From Entomortierella parvispora E1425 (Eukaryota; Fungi; Mortierellomycota): a DNA stretch of 64,000 nucleotides. The DNA lies in NCBI GenBank assembly GCA_020891255.1, contig BQFW01000003.1, positions 372,001 to 436,000 of the forward strand, written 5' to 3'. Below, in pieces: positions 12,014 through 23,976 of the stretch. The position numbers were made by a program, and so were the translations under genes. Every line of letters starts with the position of its first letter. Positions within the stretch are counted from its first letter, which is position 1. The notes below the pieces were generated by a model. That model saw nothing but the letters and a program-made list of their open reading frames with translations. It searched no databases and was not told the origin of the DNA.

Positions 12014-12955
12014 CTAATCCAGCATCTGGCCGTTCAAGATCATGCTCCTCATGGGGCTGCTGGACCGGGACTGATGGTGTGGTTTCAACTTCTCCACGGC
12101 CGTCAAATGCACATCCCCGGCAGTCCGTGGAATTCCAGAGGATGACGAAGAGACATCGTGAGGATTGTTACTACTGATATGGTTCGGGCCAAAGCTGGCC
12201 GGGCCACCCTCGTTCCGGTCCATCGGGTGTCCCGATGCTTTGCTCGATACTGGAAAGTTACGGAAGAATCCTCCTCCACCGACTTTGTTGCTCTCGGCGG
12301 CAGGCGCGGCAGCATTCTCAGAAGAGGATACACCAGTGCCGCCAAAGAAGCTCGCCCTGCGTCCACGTTCAGTCGACTAGTCGCAGCAGGTAGATTGTTA
12401 TCTGGATTAGTTCATATAAAAGTGATATCGCCATGACAAGCATGAACCAAATGTCTGCTAGACAAAAAAAAAAACGAAATTGCCCGGCCCGGTGTGACAA
12501 CCAAAGCTTGGACCCTCTTTGGAGAGGGTACGAAAGAGCACATGAGCCCTTTTGGGCCCTTTCAGAAGAAAAATGCAATATGTTGTGGACAGTCTTCTTA
12601 CCTGGGAGCCCGAAGGTGCGGAGGGGGATGAGGTGGCGATCTGGTTTAGTTGATTGAAGCTGCTTGAGAGTCTTCGGTGGAGGACCGGTACTGTCCGCGA
12701 AGTATTCGCCATGGGTGTAGATCCTGTGGGCGAGGTTGTTGTAGGGGACAGAGGGGTAAGAGCGGCCGAAAAGGAAGACGGGCCTCCGAAAGCGCTGTTT
12801 GGGTTTGAGATGATGGACGAGCCGGTGAAGGTCCTGGGTGAAGTGGCCATCGAGAATGAAGAAGAGAAGGACCGCTGGCGAGGGATAGAGATGGAGAGGG
12901 GGCCGCCGGGTGAGGGCTGGTTGCCGGAGGAGGCCATAGGTCCCGAGGCGTCCAT
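12014..12955 (-). CDS. Small Ser-rich disordered protein of unknown function, about 238 aa; exons 12955-12602 and 12376-12014
   Basis: CAG|gtaaga donor, ctaat branch point and actag acceptor join two ORFs in frame. Repeated RRxS motifs. Ends RSSSPMRSMILNGQMLD. Confidence 0.65.
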
Positions 12956-15040
12956 TGTGGAGAAGTTTGTATGGATCGAAGAAGTTGTGCTCGCTCGTTG
13001 GTGGGCCATAATTGAGCAACGGAGGAGAGTGGTTGGGAGAAGAGAAGACTGGGAACTTTTGTCGATAAAAGGACGGGAGTGAGAGAAAGACAGAACAGGA
13101 AGGAGGCAAGAAGAGAAAGAAAAGGAGGAATGGGGGACGAAGGGAAGAAAGAAAGCGAAAAGACGACGTGGGAGGGAAGAAAAGAAAGGAAAGGGGTGCC
13201 CACCCCAGGCAAGGGGAGACGTTGGGAGTTGTGCGCGTGTGCATGCTGGGACAGACAGAGGGCGTGGAGAGTGGCGGCAGGGGGGGAGACAGACACAGCT
13301 TTGATTTGTGCCACCACCTTTTTCCTTTTGTCCTGGGTCACACGCTGGTCTTGACTGGCCAAGGCAGGTTGTCCCTCTCTCGTTCCTCTGTTTCCGCTTT
13401 CCTCTTTCCTTGCCATCCCATCCCTTGCCTTGCCTTCTTGGTCAAGCGCAGGTGCTCTTTGACAGTGTGCAGTACAGTACCTTCAGAGGATACACCGCCG
13501 TAGACCTCCTCGTCCGACCCGAAAAAAAAACGAAGAGGGACGCGTGCGGTGTCTCACCTTCTGACACCTCTCGCCGCCCGCGGTCTGGGACACTCATCAC
13601 CACGCGACCAGCGATTGGACGGCACTGCTCCCCATTTCCAAAACTGGGCGCATGCGGACTGTGGTATCCTTGGTGGATCTGTGGATGTGGACACCATGCC
13701 CGCGTCTCGTCCTCGTCTCCTTGACAGCCTCGCTGTGCGTTGCATAATGCATCCATCAGGTTTCGGTCCCATTTCTGGTTTTGCTGTTTGTCAGACATTT
13801 GGGCGCTTGTTGGAGTTGATCGTTCTTCCAGACTTATCGACGGTCAATCCGCAATACCATCATACATGTCATAGATGACATAGGAGAATCTTCTAGCCCA
13901 ACAAATGATCCTAAAAGGTGCCATCCCCGGGATTCAGCGTCATGAAAGATTCATCTTGAAACCAAAGCCCTCTGTTCGTGAGGTCCAGGTTGCCCATATG
14001 TGTCTGAGGTTAGCGTACTTCACACTAAAGGGGGCGAGACCCTGGAGGTGCTCGTTTGGTGGCAACGTGTCTTTCCCAGGCCTCTGGACATAGCACGTAG
14101 AACATCCTCGGTCTAGCAATAGAAAGTCAAGCGCCGCACAGGTTCATTTGTGCAACCACGCTCTGTTAATACTCTTCTGCTACGTTGCGATCGGTGGGGT
14201 GGGCTGGGGGCACATTCAGTAGCAGCAACAAAAGGAGCAGCACAATTCATTTTGTTGCTTTGTTGTTGGTCCATTCCACAGAGTTAAAGCAGGAGCAAAA
14301 GCATCGACCACATTCATGTCAACAAGCCTAGATGCACATGTCTGTCCCCTGTCCCCTGGTTTGAGCGCTTCCCCACGTCTGATCGACGTCCATCGCGACT
14401 ATCTCTCCAAGATCAGCAACCACGATCTTCCTACCATTCGGACCACTCGATGCGCTCTTTTTTCAGTTTGGCAGCAGAGATGAGCGATTTATTTTAGAAT
14501 CAGGCAGGGTCCAAATGCCCCTGCAACACCTTTGACAGGCACAAGAATCATAAAAAGACAAAAAAAAGGGAGAGAAGGGGACCTTGCTTGAGAGCGCACT
14601 TGCTCTCAGAGTTGTCTGCACCTGCCTTCTTAATTGGCAGGTCTGGGTGCTCGTGTCCAAATGTCCAGACTCCAGTGTCCGATCGTGGCCAAGCCCAGCC
14701 TGAAGAGGAGGAAAGGATAAAGGAAAGGATAAAGGCAATGGCGGCGGGTACAGCAATGAGAGCCAAAGGACTGGACCATGCCAGCTGGACACGGGAGAAA
14801 AGGCCGCATCTTAGTATTCTTGAGTATAGACTACATGTATGTACTGTACAGTACAGCACCTCTTTTTCTTCTTTTCTTCCTCCTCTTCCTCTCCCTCCTG
14901 TTCTCACCTACCTCACTTCAACCTTTCTCTCCCCGTTGTTCTCTCGTACTTGACGGATTCACCTTTCATTTCGCCATCCTCATTGGACCCTTGTCTTTTC
15001 ATTTTGAATCCTCAATCTCGGAAGGAGACCAATTCGTTGA

Positions 15041-18000
15041 ATGCAATCGAGCGATTCCCGAGGCTATGGGGCGGCTGTACCTGTCCAAGAGGAAGCTCCT
15101 TCAAGTTCATCCCCCGAGAGCAGCCGTCGACGAGTCTTTGGCTTTGCTGCCTCCTCCCCTTCCATTCAAAACACCAGGGGAGACGAACGATCCTGGCTAC
15201 TTGGCGGGCAGGTAGACAGTAATGGATCGGGAGCAGGGTCCAGCAACCGCAGAAGTTCGTGGTTGCCTGGCAAGGCTGGTCACTCGTCGTATTCCATCCT
15301 GCCCACCATTGCTCCAGAGGAGAGCGACCTCTCGAGAAGAAGCTCGCAGAGGGAGAGGGATGTCCCTGGCCAGACAAGGCAAGTGGCTGGGTTCAGGAAC
15401 AAGATTCTACGCCTGAAGCATATGCAGGCCCATTAGCGCCCCTTTTCTTTGATCCTGGACTGACACCACACCTTGTCAACGGACATGATCCGACAATAGT
15501 GACCCCAAAGACCCTCTGAATCGACAGGCATCGGTCGCAAGGGCTGCCAGAGACAAGTAAGTTCCCTTTCAGTCTGGGCGAGGGTTACTTCATTCTTCGC
15601 ACCGATCACCTTCCTCCGCGGGACTTTATGGCCCAAACGGGAAAGAATAATGAGCGCCTAATTGACATTGACTTTTCCTTCCTTGTCATCTCCCCATGGG
15701 TGCCCCTTCTCAAGGTTGACTAGACAAGACACCCAGCAGAGTATTGCGTCCACCACCTCCTTCGCAAATCACGGAAGCGCAGGATCCCTTACTGAACGCC
15801 GCAATCAGCTCCACCGGCAAAACTCGTTTGGTGTGCCCCCAAACAAAATTCTCGATATCGTCTACAGGATCAAAGAACTGACCACCTCAAGTGACTCGAC
15901 CGACGAAAAGACCGCATCCACCATCTTGGTAAGGGTTGTCCTCGTGCTTCATCTGGTTGACCAGCGTTGCAGGGTTGATTCCGTGCTTCTTACATGTCTC
16001 TTTTGTTATTGCCTTAGAATGTGATCAATGTCATTGTAGATTCGATCTTTTGCATCCTCTACCTTGTCGAGGCAAGCAATCTCACCCGTCCTCCTGGACA
16101 TGAGTCGCACTGGCTCTACATCGAGAGAACGCGGTCCTTCTGGCTTGTTCTTGTAACAATCGCCACGTACAACTTCGTAACCGTTTGCTGCAGTATCATC
16201 TTTTCAGAGTCAAAGGCGGCATCTCTCCGAAGTACTCGCCACATCGTCTCAACGCTTGTTGCTCTGCCCTTCATCGTGTCTATTTTCATGAAGGATGGTC
16301 AAGATCTCTACGTCCCTTACTTCTTGCAGAGTTTTGCACTCATCTCGAGGGTACAACAGGCGCTGAACTTTTACATCGATATTGGCGTGTCGGGTATGTT
16401 CCCCCTGGCTTGACAGGCTAGTTCGACACAAGGCAAGGTGTATCCTAACCACATTTGGGTTCGAATTGAACGATAGACCTCCCAATGGATCCTCTGAAAT
16501 CAAAGACAATCATCTTTGTGATGTATATCATCACGCTAATCTATTGCGCCATTTCAGCGTTCCAAGTGGCGGAATATGACCAGCTCTTGAACACGGATGA
16601 TCACAACGATTTGCTCAAGCTTCTGTGAGTATAGCGGAGGATAAGGAGGTCGAGCTCCTTGAGGATTAGAGGCTCATCAACCTTGCCTTGTTCATTTTAG
16701 GTATTTTGTCCTGATCACTATGAGTACGATTGGCTACGGTGACCTTACGCCAAAGAACCAGCTGGGATATGCAATTGTTATCCTGATCATTATTGCCGTC
16801 GTCTCGGTTTTCCCTTGGATGATTTCGGGGATTATGGACGCGTTGGCTCAGGCAAAAGGTTAGAAACGACTCATCGTTGTGCAGTATATTGGATGACTAT
16901 GTATCCATCACTAACCTGGTTCTGTTCCCAATCTGTAGCTGGCGAGGGTATTTTCAAATCTGGAGGAAACAAGTTTATGATTATTTCTGGATCTCTTCAT
17001 TCTGCTCAGAAACTGGCCAATGTACTGAATGGATTCTGGTTCACGAACAAGGTATGCACATATTTCAAATACGATCTCTTAAGCATACTCCAGTGGTTAC
17101 ATTACTTACTAAAGACATCCTTTCAACCGCCAGGAATACTCCAACTCTGCCATCAAGATTGTCATCCTTGGACTGAGCGAGCCCCCTAAAGATATCCAAG
17201 CTCTCCTTCAATCCGCTCGTTACAAAAACAGGGTTGTTTACCTGAAAGGAACTCCGCTGGTAGGATCTGTGTTCTAAACTGCTACGGCGTCATTTTGCAA
17301 TCTTGAATGGGTGCTAAAATGACTTTGTACTATAGGAAAGCAAAGACTTGGAGAGAATCCAGGCAAAGTATGCGGAGGGAATTTTCATCATTGCTGATCG
17401 CAACTCGCCCTTTTCGCCTCAGGACGAAGATCGACACAACACTCTGTCTACTCTGGCTTTCCGAAACGTGAGCGATGCAGGCATTTATACATACAACTTA
17501 TTGCCGGAATCCGAGATTTATCAGAAAATGGCAGCGACGCAGGTCGTCTGTGCAGACGAGCTGCGTCAGGTTCTTTTAGCCTTCAACTGCTTGCAGCAAG
17601 CCAGTGCGACTCTAATTCTGAATTTGCTCCACCAACATCGGCCTTCAGAGAAATTTGAGGAAGCGTGGGAAGCAGAATACGACGATAGTCTTGGAAATGA
17701 GTTTTACATCTCTTATCTCAACCCCATTTTTGATGGAAAGCCATTCTCCTTCGTCACATGGGTACGTTTTGCAGGGCAGTACTCGAACATGTCTTGCTTT
17801 ACATTTTTTTTGAGGATGGCTGTTAACCAGTTACTTTTTTTTATGGATATAGTTCTTATATCGAAGGTTCCAGGTTATCCTCTTTGGCATCCGCATTCGT
17901 CTTCAGTCTGGCGAATATCACACGGCACTCAACCCTGGAAAAGACTATCGATTCCAACACAACGAGCAATGCATTTTTATTGCGCAGAACCCGACTGATC

Positions 18001-20389
18001 TCGACGACATTAATGAGCTCACGGAAACCTATCTAGAGAACTTCTTGCAGCATCTGCACAAAACACAGGAGCAGGATTATGTGGGCATCGGGCCTGATTA
18101 TCACGCAAACAACTTCCAAAAGGCTCTGTTGACTCTCTCACCCAAGAGTCGTAGTGGACAATCAACTCGAAGAGTCCGTACAAAGCACGGTAATTCCGGC
18201 ATGCCCTACAGCAGGAAATCAGGAAGATATCAACTTCAATCTGCCATGCCCACAATCACCAATGAGGACGATGAGATTGATGTTGAGCCTGAGGTCAGCT
18301 TTATTTCAGGGGCAGAGGACAGTGGCGTTGACCAGGATCCTAATGCGCCAAAGTCACCCATCTCACCCATCTCGCCACGGTTCCCTCGATCTTTGATGCC
18401 CACAATGAATGATGTATCGCTGCCACGTGCAGCCCCTAAAATTGGCAGCAATGCCACTCCAGCTCCTTCCCCTTTCTCTTCTGGGAAGCAAAGGGAATAT
18501 CTGGACTCGACTTTTGGAGGGGACGAATTGTCCCAGGCGCGTGTGGATTATCCAATTCCCCCCTTCCCTGGTGCCCAGGTTCCACTTTGTATCCTAGTCG
18601 ATTCATCGAAAGGAGGCGAGCGCAAGGTAGCCGACATGGTGATCAGCAATTGGTCCGATGTCTTGAATCAGCGTCGCGAACAAGCTACAGCGGCGTACCA
18701 GCAAATTCATCCTTCCGAGACAGAGACACTTGCACAGGGATCCAGTTCTTCAGAAGACAATGATGTTCGTTCAGAATCTTCTAAAAAAACGAGCACCGCC
18801 ACAGATGGAGTGTCCGCAGGATCTGATGCAGGCCATATTTTGATTTGTTCGCCAAACTATGACATTTTCCGTCTTATTTGTACCCTTCGATCGGCGCACC
18901 TGAAGCAACTACAGGATGTTGTCATTTTGTGCTCGCGCCAGCCCAATGTGCAGGAATTCAGAGTACTCAAGTGCTTCCCCCGTCTCTACTTCTTAATTGT
19001 AAGGGCTGTTACCTTGAAAAGCTTGATTTGTAGTGAGTCGTCAATTCTGAAATATTATTAACCCGGCCTTTTTTTTTGTTTCTATAGGGCGATTGTCTCT
19101 CGCGAGATGATCTTGAGCGCGGTTCCATCACAAAGTCGAGTAAATATCTTTTCCTTCGTCATCCTGAAAACGCTGGTGTGGACGGATCCTTCTTTGATAG
19201 CGTGGCTGTCATCAATCGGATTCTTGTCCAGCAGATATTCTCAGATGCTCAGGTTGCCAAGGTCTGCCGTATGGGTCGGTCCGAACAAAATCCCACTGGC
19301 CTGTCCAAGGTTGCCGGCGGTTTCGAAACTCTCATTGATTCGAGTACTGGCTCCAGGGTGACGATCGGTACGACCAAGAGGGCCGTCTCTCTCGACAACT
19401 TGAATGAAGGACCGCAGTGCGTGTACGAGCTCGTGGAAGAACGCACCGTGGAATTTTTGCAGATTCGAAAGACTGGTATTGCTGTCGTTCAAGACGGAGA
19501 GGATGAGCGCGGGGGAAGCAAGGTCGCAGAGTTGGACGGTGCAGGCGGTCCCTTGGAAACATTTGGGCCCGAGTCCAACTCGGGTTTCTATGGATTCCCC
19601 ACCAAAGTCCCAGCAGCTCGTCGCAAAGCCCCTGCAACAGCGGGCGATTTCTACCACAATGCGATCTACGCGTCCGGCGGAGTGCTTGTTGGTGGACTGC
19701 TGGACCATGTCCTCTACCAGCTCTATTCGAACCCAAGTATTCTCCAACTTATCAAACTGTTATGTGGTATCCGGACCAAGGCCGATGTAAAGCGAGATTT
19801 CCATCTGTTTAAACAATACGGCTCTGGATGCTACCTAGAATGCATTCCTGTTCCAGAAGGGTTCGGTGTCGAAACTCTCCGAAAGCCCAGCAAGACGACT
19901 GTTCACCACCACAGCGATTCTGAATCCAGCAGTACTGATGAGAGCGATGACAGCTGTTATGACGAGGACGGGGATGACAGCAAGCGTGGAAAGAAAAAGA
20001 AGCCAAGCAAGAACGGACCCGAGACCTCGTTCTCCCGAGCAACGTCTAAGGGTAAGAAGAAGATTACCGAGTTCCTTGACCGGGCCACTCATCTTCATTT
20101 CCACCACGAAGAGGGTGGAAGCAACAGCAGTGTTGACTCGGACTACATGTACGACAATCGACACAAAAACTTTTTGCATCTGTACGAGCATCTGGCCCTA
20201 GACCAAGGTGTGGTCCCAATTGGCCTGCTGCGACTCCAAGGAGATGATCCCAGGACGGTCCATCTCGGCATCGGGGGCAGTTCCCGGTGCTATGCAATTA
20301 CGAACCCATTACTGGACACTATCGTCCTTGATACCGACATGGTATTTGTTCTCACTCGAGACTATGCCCAAAATATTGACCAAAAATAA
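15041..20389 (+). CDS. Slo-family (BK/KCNT-like) potassium channel with 6 transmembrane segments, a pore and two RCK domains; 11 exons
   Basis: Selectivity filter TMSTIGYGD at about 16717-16743. RCK1 motifs VYLKGTPL, DLERIQAKYAEGIFIIADRN, VVCADELRQ and YDDSLGNEFY. RCK2 motifs ILICS, LYFLI|GD, YASGGVL and LDHVLYQ. The first intron needs a GC donor at 15379. Confidence 0.9.
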
Positions 20390-20590
20390 CTCAAAAATCA
20401 AAAGGCACAGAAACGAATAAAAACAGCATATTGAACTATTCATGACAGACTGGCAGCGGTGTTGTATTGAGGTCAATAGCCTGGCTGGTAGATTGCGGGG
20501 TATAGATGGGCGATTGGCGCAGAAAAGGAAAAAAAAAAAGAAAAAAAAGGACGCCCATTGCTTCCTCTCTTTTTGCGCGGGATTCAGATC

Positions 20591-21420
20591 CTAGTGGTAG
20601 CGAGGTCGGTTTGTCTGAGCTTCAGAATCGCCTCCATGGTTCCACCTTGCAGATGCACGTTCTCTCGAAAGGGCCACGATCGACAACTTGCCAGTGGCAG
20701 CCTGGTAATCGTCTCTAGCATTCGAGACACGCGAAAGTCTGTTTGTGCTCCTGCTAAATTGGTTGTTGCCTTCTCCTCCACCTGAAGAATAGAGCGACTG
20801 TCGCCGGGATGGTTGATCGTGCTGCTGTTGATATTGCTGTTGTTGTTGTTGGGGATAGGATTGGTCATCGTTATATTCCTGTTGTTGGTATTGACTCTGG
20901 TTTGACAAGCGTCGCTGTTGCTGTTGCTGTCCCTCGTCTGACTCGTGATAGTCTGGTGTAAAAGAGGTGTTGATACCCTCCTCATCTTGCTGGTCCTGCT
21001 GGTCCTGCTGATCCTGCTGGTATGCCCGTTCCTGGTCCATCTCCCGGACTTGAGCATTGACAGTGTAGACAGAAGACTAAACAAGAGGGTACCAGGGTTC
21101 CGGAGGTAAGTGAGAGTCGATGAGTTTGTCAGAGTCTTTTGAAAGCATGGATGTACCTTGAAGAGCGTGTAGACCAGGCCCATTTTCCGTTCCACGATGC
21201 GAATCTTTTCAATGAGCTGAGTCACCTCCACCGTGTTCATTTCATGGAGTGTTGCATTGATCTGTCATGAAAGTGAAGGCATGATTGAGTGAGTACGTGA
21301 TGTCGAGAGAAAAAGAGGGTCCTTGTTGACGCGTGTTTTTCCTGTTGTGAAGGGTCCCATTACATGCTGCAGCTTGGATGCGAGTTTGGAGTACTCTCCC
21401 AAGAGTTCCTTTGTGGACAT
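20591..21420 (-). CDS. DAD3: DASH/Dam1 complex subunit Dad3 with a long Q/N-rich tail, about 215 aa; exons 21420-21364, 21261-21157, 21076-20591
   Basis: ELLGEYSKLA and IRIVERKMGLVYTLFK|SSVYTV match the Dad3 pattern (yeast [21 protein letters not shown]). Both introns are phase-0 GT-AG. Confidence 0.8.
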
Positions 21421-21726
21421 GGCTGTGTGGATGTGGATGCGGTAGGGTGTCTAGTCAGAGTCTCGTCCTGGTCCTGGGATGCGTGTTGTGAGAAAGAAGG
21501 AAAGGGGACGAGCGTAAAGAGACAAGGAAAAAGAAAAGATCCCATGCAACAAGCCACACATGCACGCATTGATCGCGATCCCCTTTTTGCATCATCTCGG
21601 CGGTGTTTATATTGCGGTCAGTTCTATCGTTTAGTCTGTCCATCGTGTCCCCCTTCCGTCCTTCCTACCTTCATCTCTTCTCATCCCAACCCAGCTCAAC
21701 TTCATCACAATCATCCCTGACGAGGC

Positions 21727-23876
21727 ATGCAGACATCGCTGCTCGTCATCAGCATCGCACTCAAGGTGCTGCTGTACCCCACATAGTGAGTTCCTTTTCG
21801 TTCCTTTTCCTTCCTTTTCTTGCTCCAACGGTCAACCCCTCTCGTTCACTTTCTCTTCCACATTTCCTTCCTTATTATTTCCACGTTCTTGTCCTGATCC
21901 GTCTATCCCTTCCTTCATAGCCACTCTACAGACTTTGAGGTCCACCGCAACTGGCTTGCCATCACCCACTCTCTTCCTCTTTCAAAATGGTACATTGAGG
22001 TAACGACATACTCTCTCTTCAGGCAGGTCTGGCAATGCGCACGCGTTTTATTTTACTCCTACTCACACAGAGCTCATTCATCCATACTCTAGAACACAAG
22101 CGAATGGACATTGGACTATCCTCCCTTTTTCGCCTGGTTTGAAAAGTTCCTCGCCTTCTTTGCAGCCAAGGTGGATCCCAAGATTGTCCAGGTCGACAAT
22201 CTGAACTACGACACGTGGATCACTGTCTACTTCCAAAGAACTACGGTCATTGTGACAGAGCTGGTTCTGTTCTGGGCACTTCAGCGACTGCTCAAGGTCA
22301 TGGGCAACCGACCACTGCAAAAGATCCTCAACTGGTCCTTGATGTTGAACCCAGGACTGCTGATGGTCGACAATATGCATTTCCAGTACAATGGGTTCCT
22401 CTACGGCATCTTGGTTCACTCGCTGGTCGATGCGAAGCAGGTAGGCGACAAAGGATAGGCGATCGAATTTGGACCGCTTTCAGGAAAAGTTCTAACCGTG
22501 AAAAATATGGTGGTTTAATGACAATGTTGATTAGGGCAATCTCTTGAGGTCCGGTATCTTGTTTGCAGCCCTGTTGAACTTCAAGCACATCTTCCTATAC
22601 ATCTCCCTTCCCTACTTTGCCTTCCTTCTCCGAGCCTACTGCTTTGAGAATTCTGGTAACAGTATCCGAGGTAACGAGGCTTCTTTGCGAACCAGTTCTG
22701 TGCCATTGCCTTACGTGGGGAACTGACGCGTTTCTTTTATTCATTTTTGATTAGCTCGATCGTGGATCTCAGCCTTCAGACCTTTCCACCTTTTGGCTCT
22801 TGGATTGAGCGTGATCGCCGTCTTTGCCCTCTCCCTGGGCCCCTTTGTGGCCCTGGACCAACTTCCCCAACTCGCAGGCAGACTCTTTCCCTTCAAGCGT
22901 GGTCTCTGCCATTCTTACTGGGCAGCCAACTTTTGGGCAATTTACTCTTTTGTGGACAGGGTCTTGATCATCGTTGTCTCAAAGTTCCCTCTTCTTGGAC
23001 AGTATTTGAATCTTTCCCTGGACCCTTCAGCCCTGGCGGCCACGACTCGCGGACTGGTTGGCGACACAGCTTTCGGAGTCCTCCCCACGGTGACTGCTCA
23101 GCATACACTGATCTTGACTTTGCTCCTGCAGATCCCAGGATTTGTGGCCGTGTTCAGGAGACCCACATTTGATCGGTTCATTGGATCAATTGTTTTGTCC
23201 GCGTTCGCATCCTTCCTGGCTGGTTGGCATGTCCATGAGAAGGCCATCTTGTTGTGTACGGTGACTATGACAGTGGCATTGGCGAATCAGTTGGGCGCGA
23301 CTCCCAATTCGGGTGCCGGTGCGCTGGCGGATCTGAGAAGCAGCTCATCGGCGCTGACTCCCAGAGATGTTCGCGCTTTTATGATTGTGAGCTTGGCGGG
23401 CTATATTGGCCTCTGGCCCTTGTTCTTTACCCGTGAAGGTAAGAAAAAAGTATGGATTATATTGATCAGGCCGAGGGTATGTACTAACAACACGATGTTT
23501 ACTTTCTTTGTACTTTACAGAAACACCTATCAAGGTGCTGATCACTGTGCTCTGGTTCATTATTGTGGGATCAGGACTGGATCAATGTATACCCAAGCCG
23601 TTGAACGCTTCCCCTTCCTCTTCCGCCATTGGCAAATCCATGCTGCGATACTTCACGACTTTGGAGCGCCTTTATGTGTTTGGGTGTGTCCCTGTACAGC
23701 TGTATGTCAATGTCATCCATGAGGCTCTGTTTGGCCTCGAGACATTGGCCTTTTTGCCCTTGATGATCACTTCGGTCTATGCGGCCGTCGGGGTTATCTA
23801 TGGGTGGCTCCTGTACTCGGCCTCGTACTTTTCCCCAAGCAAGGTTGCTCTGGACAAAAAGAAGAAGTTGCGTTAA
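21727..23876 (+). CDS. ALG8: Dolichyl-PP-Glc1Man9GlcNAc2 alpha-1,3-glucosyltransferase (GT57), 6 exons
   Basis: [72 protein letters not shown] and [12 protein letters not shown]-terminal KKLR ER-retrieval signal. Confidence 0.95.
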
Positions 23877-23976
23877 AAACAAAAAAAAAAAGACCGTTCA
23901 CCACTCTCACCAACAGGTCTTTCGATATCTCATAGAACGAATTTTTTTTAATTAAAAATCGAAAATTCGGAATGCT

